NCBI GenBank assembly: GCA_002633005.1
Contig: NMRA01000058.1
Span: 36,565-100,564, forward strand
Length of the DNA: 64,000 bases
Source: Phoronis australis
Taxonomy: Eukaryota; Animalia; Phoronida
Reading direction: 5' to 3'
Shown here: piece by piece, positions 63,541 through 64,000 of the stretch
Position numbering within the stretch: the first letter of the stretch is position 1
Layout of the letters: each line of letters opens with the position of its first letter
Position numbers and translations under genes: made by a program
The notes under the pieces: model-generated
Seen by the model: only the letters and a program-made list of their open reading frames with translations
The model's database searches: none
What the model was told of the DNA's origin: nothing

Positions 63541-64000
63541 ATTTATTTATTTATTTATTTATTATTGTGATATTTAAAATGAGGGTGGCCTCTTCAGTGA
63601 TAGCACTGCTTTCCAAGAGGGCCCTCAACAAGAAAAACAGTAATATAACCTAACAATGAAGTAATAAAACAACAATGAAATATACGTAACACAGATACAA
63701 TTAAAACAGGTTGAGAATTAAGACAATAACTAAATGACAAATAATGGTAAAAATTTAACTAAGACAGATGAAATAAATTAAGAGATGATTCTAGACAGTG
63801 AGAGTATTTACGACAATGAAAAAATGACATGATTAAGACAGGCAGGGTATAAAAGGTCAAGTAAATTACAGCCACTTTTTAATATTTACTTTAAAGGTAG
63901 TAATTGAATTGGACCGTTTAATTTCTGGGCTAAAAGAATTCCATATTATAGCAGCTGCATAGATAAAAGATCTCTTGCCCGTCTCGGTTTTAATTTTTTT
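63541..64000 (-). mobile_element. CR1/L2 LINE 3' end interrupting Copia gag
   Basis: Minus strand GKRSFIYAAAIIWNS...FKVNIKKWL; (TAAA)n tail at 63541-63562; 3' stem-loop near 63581-63626. Confidence 0.75.

Overview
Eukaryotic genomic DNA, probably from an invertebrate animal, with one assembly gap (12745-13677). It holds two multi-exon genes on the + strand. DONSON is 5'-partial: 8 coding exons at 4323-20500, including a U12 minor-spliceosome intron at 15073-17701. NUP43 is complete: 8 coding exons at 30852-50791, 373 aa, with one GC-AG intron. Introns and intergenic DNA carry decayed LINEs (L1/Tx1, CR1/L2, RTE, I/R1-like, Penelope), several MITE families and a recurrent Helentron-like (HINE-type) element with an internal 150/450-bp array. 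The last ~11 kb is an unbroken transposon stack: intron-containing pogo-type transposase with PHD finger, Academ, HERO-type RLE retrotransposon, Copia LTR/gag, CR1/L2. The best leads are a second, stop-generating U12-type 3' splice site inside the DONSON minor intron, a pseudoknotted HERO 3' UTR, an inverted pair of Penelope-type minimal hammerheads, and a family of MITEs with 5-bp target duplications. All family calls come from recalled motifs; no database search was run.
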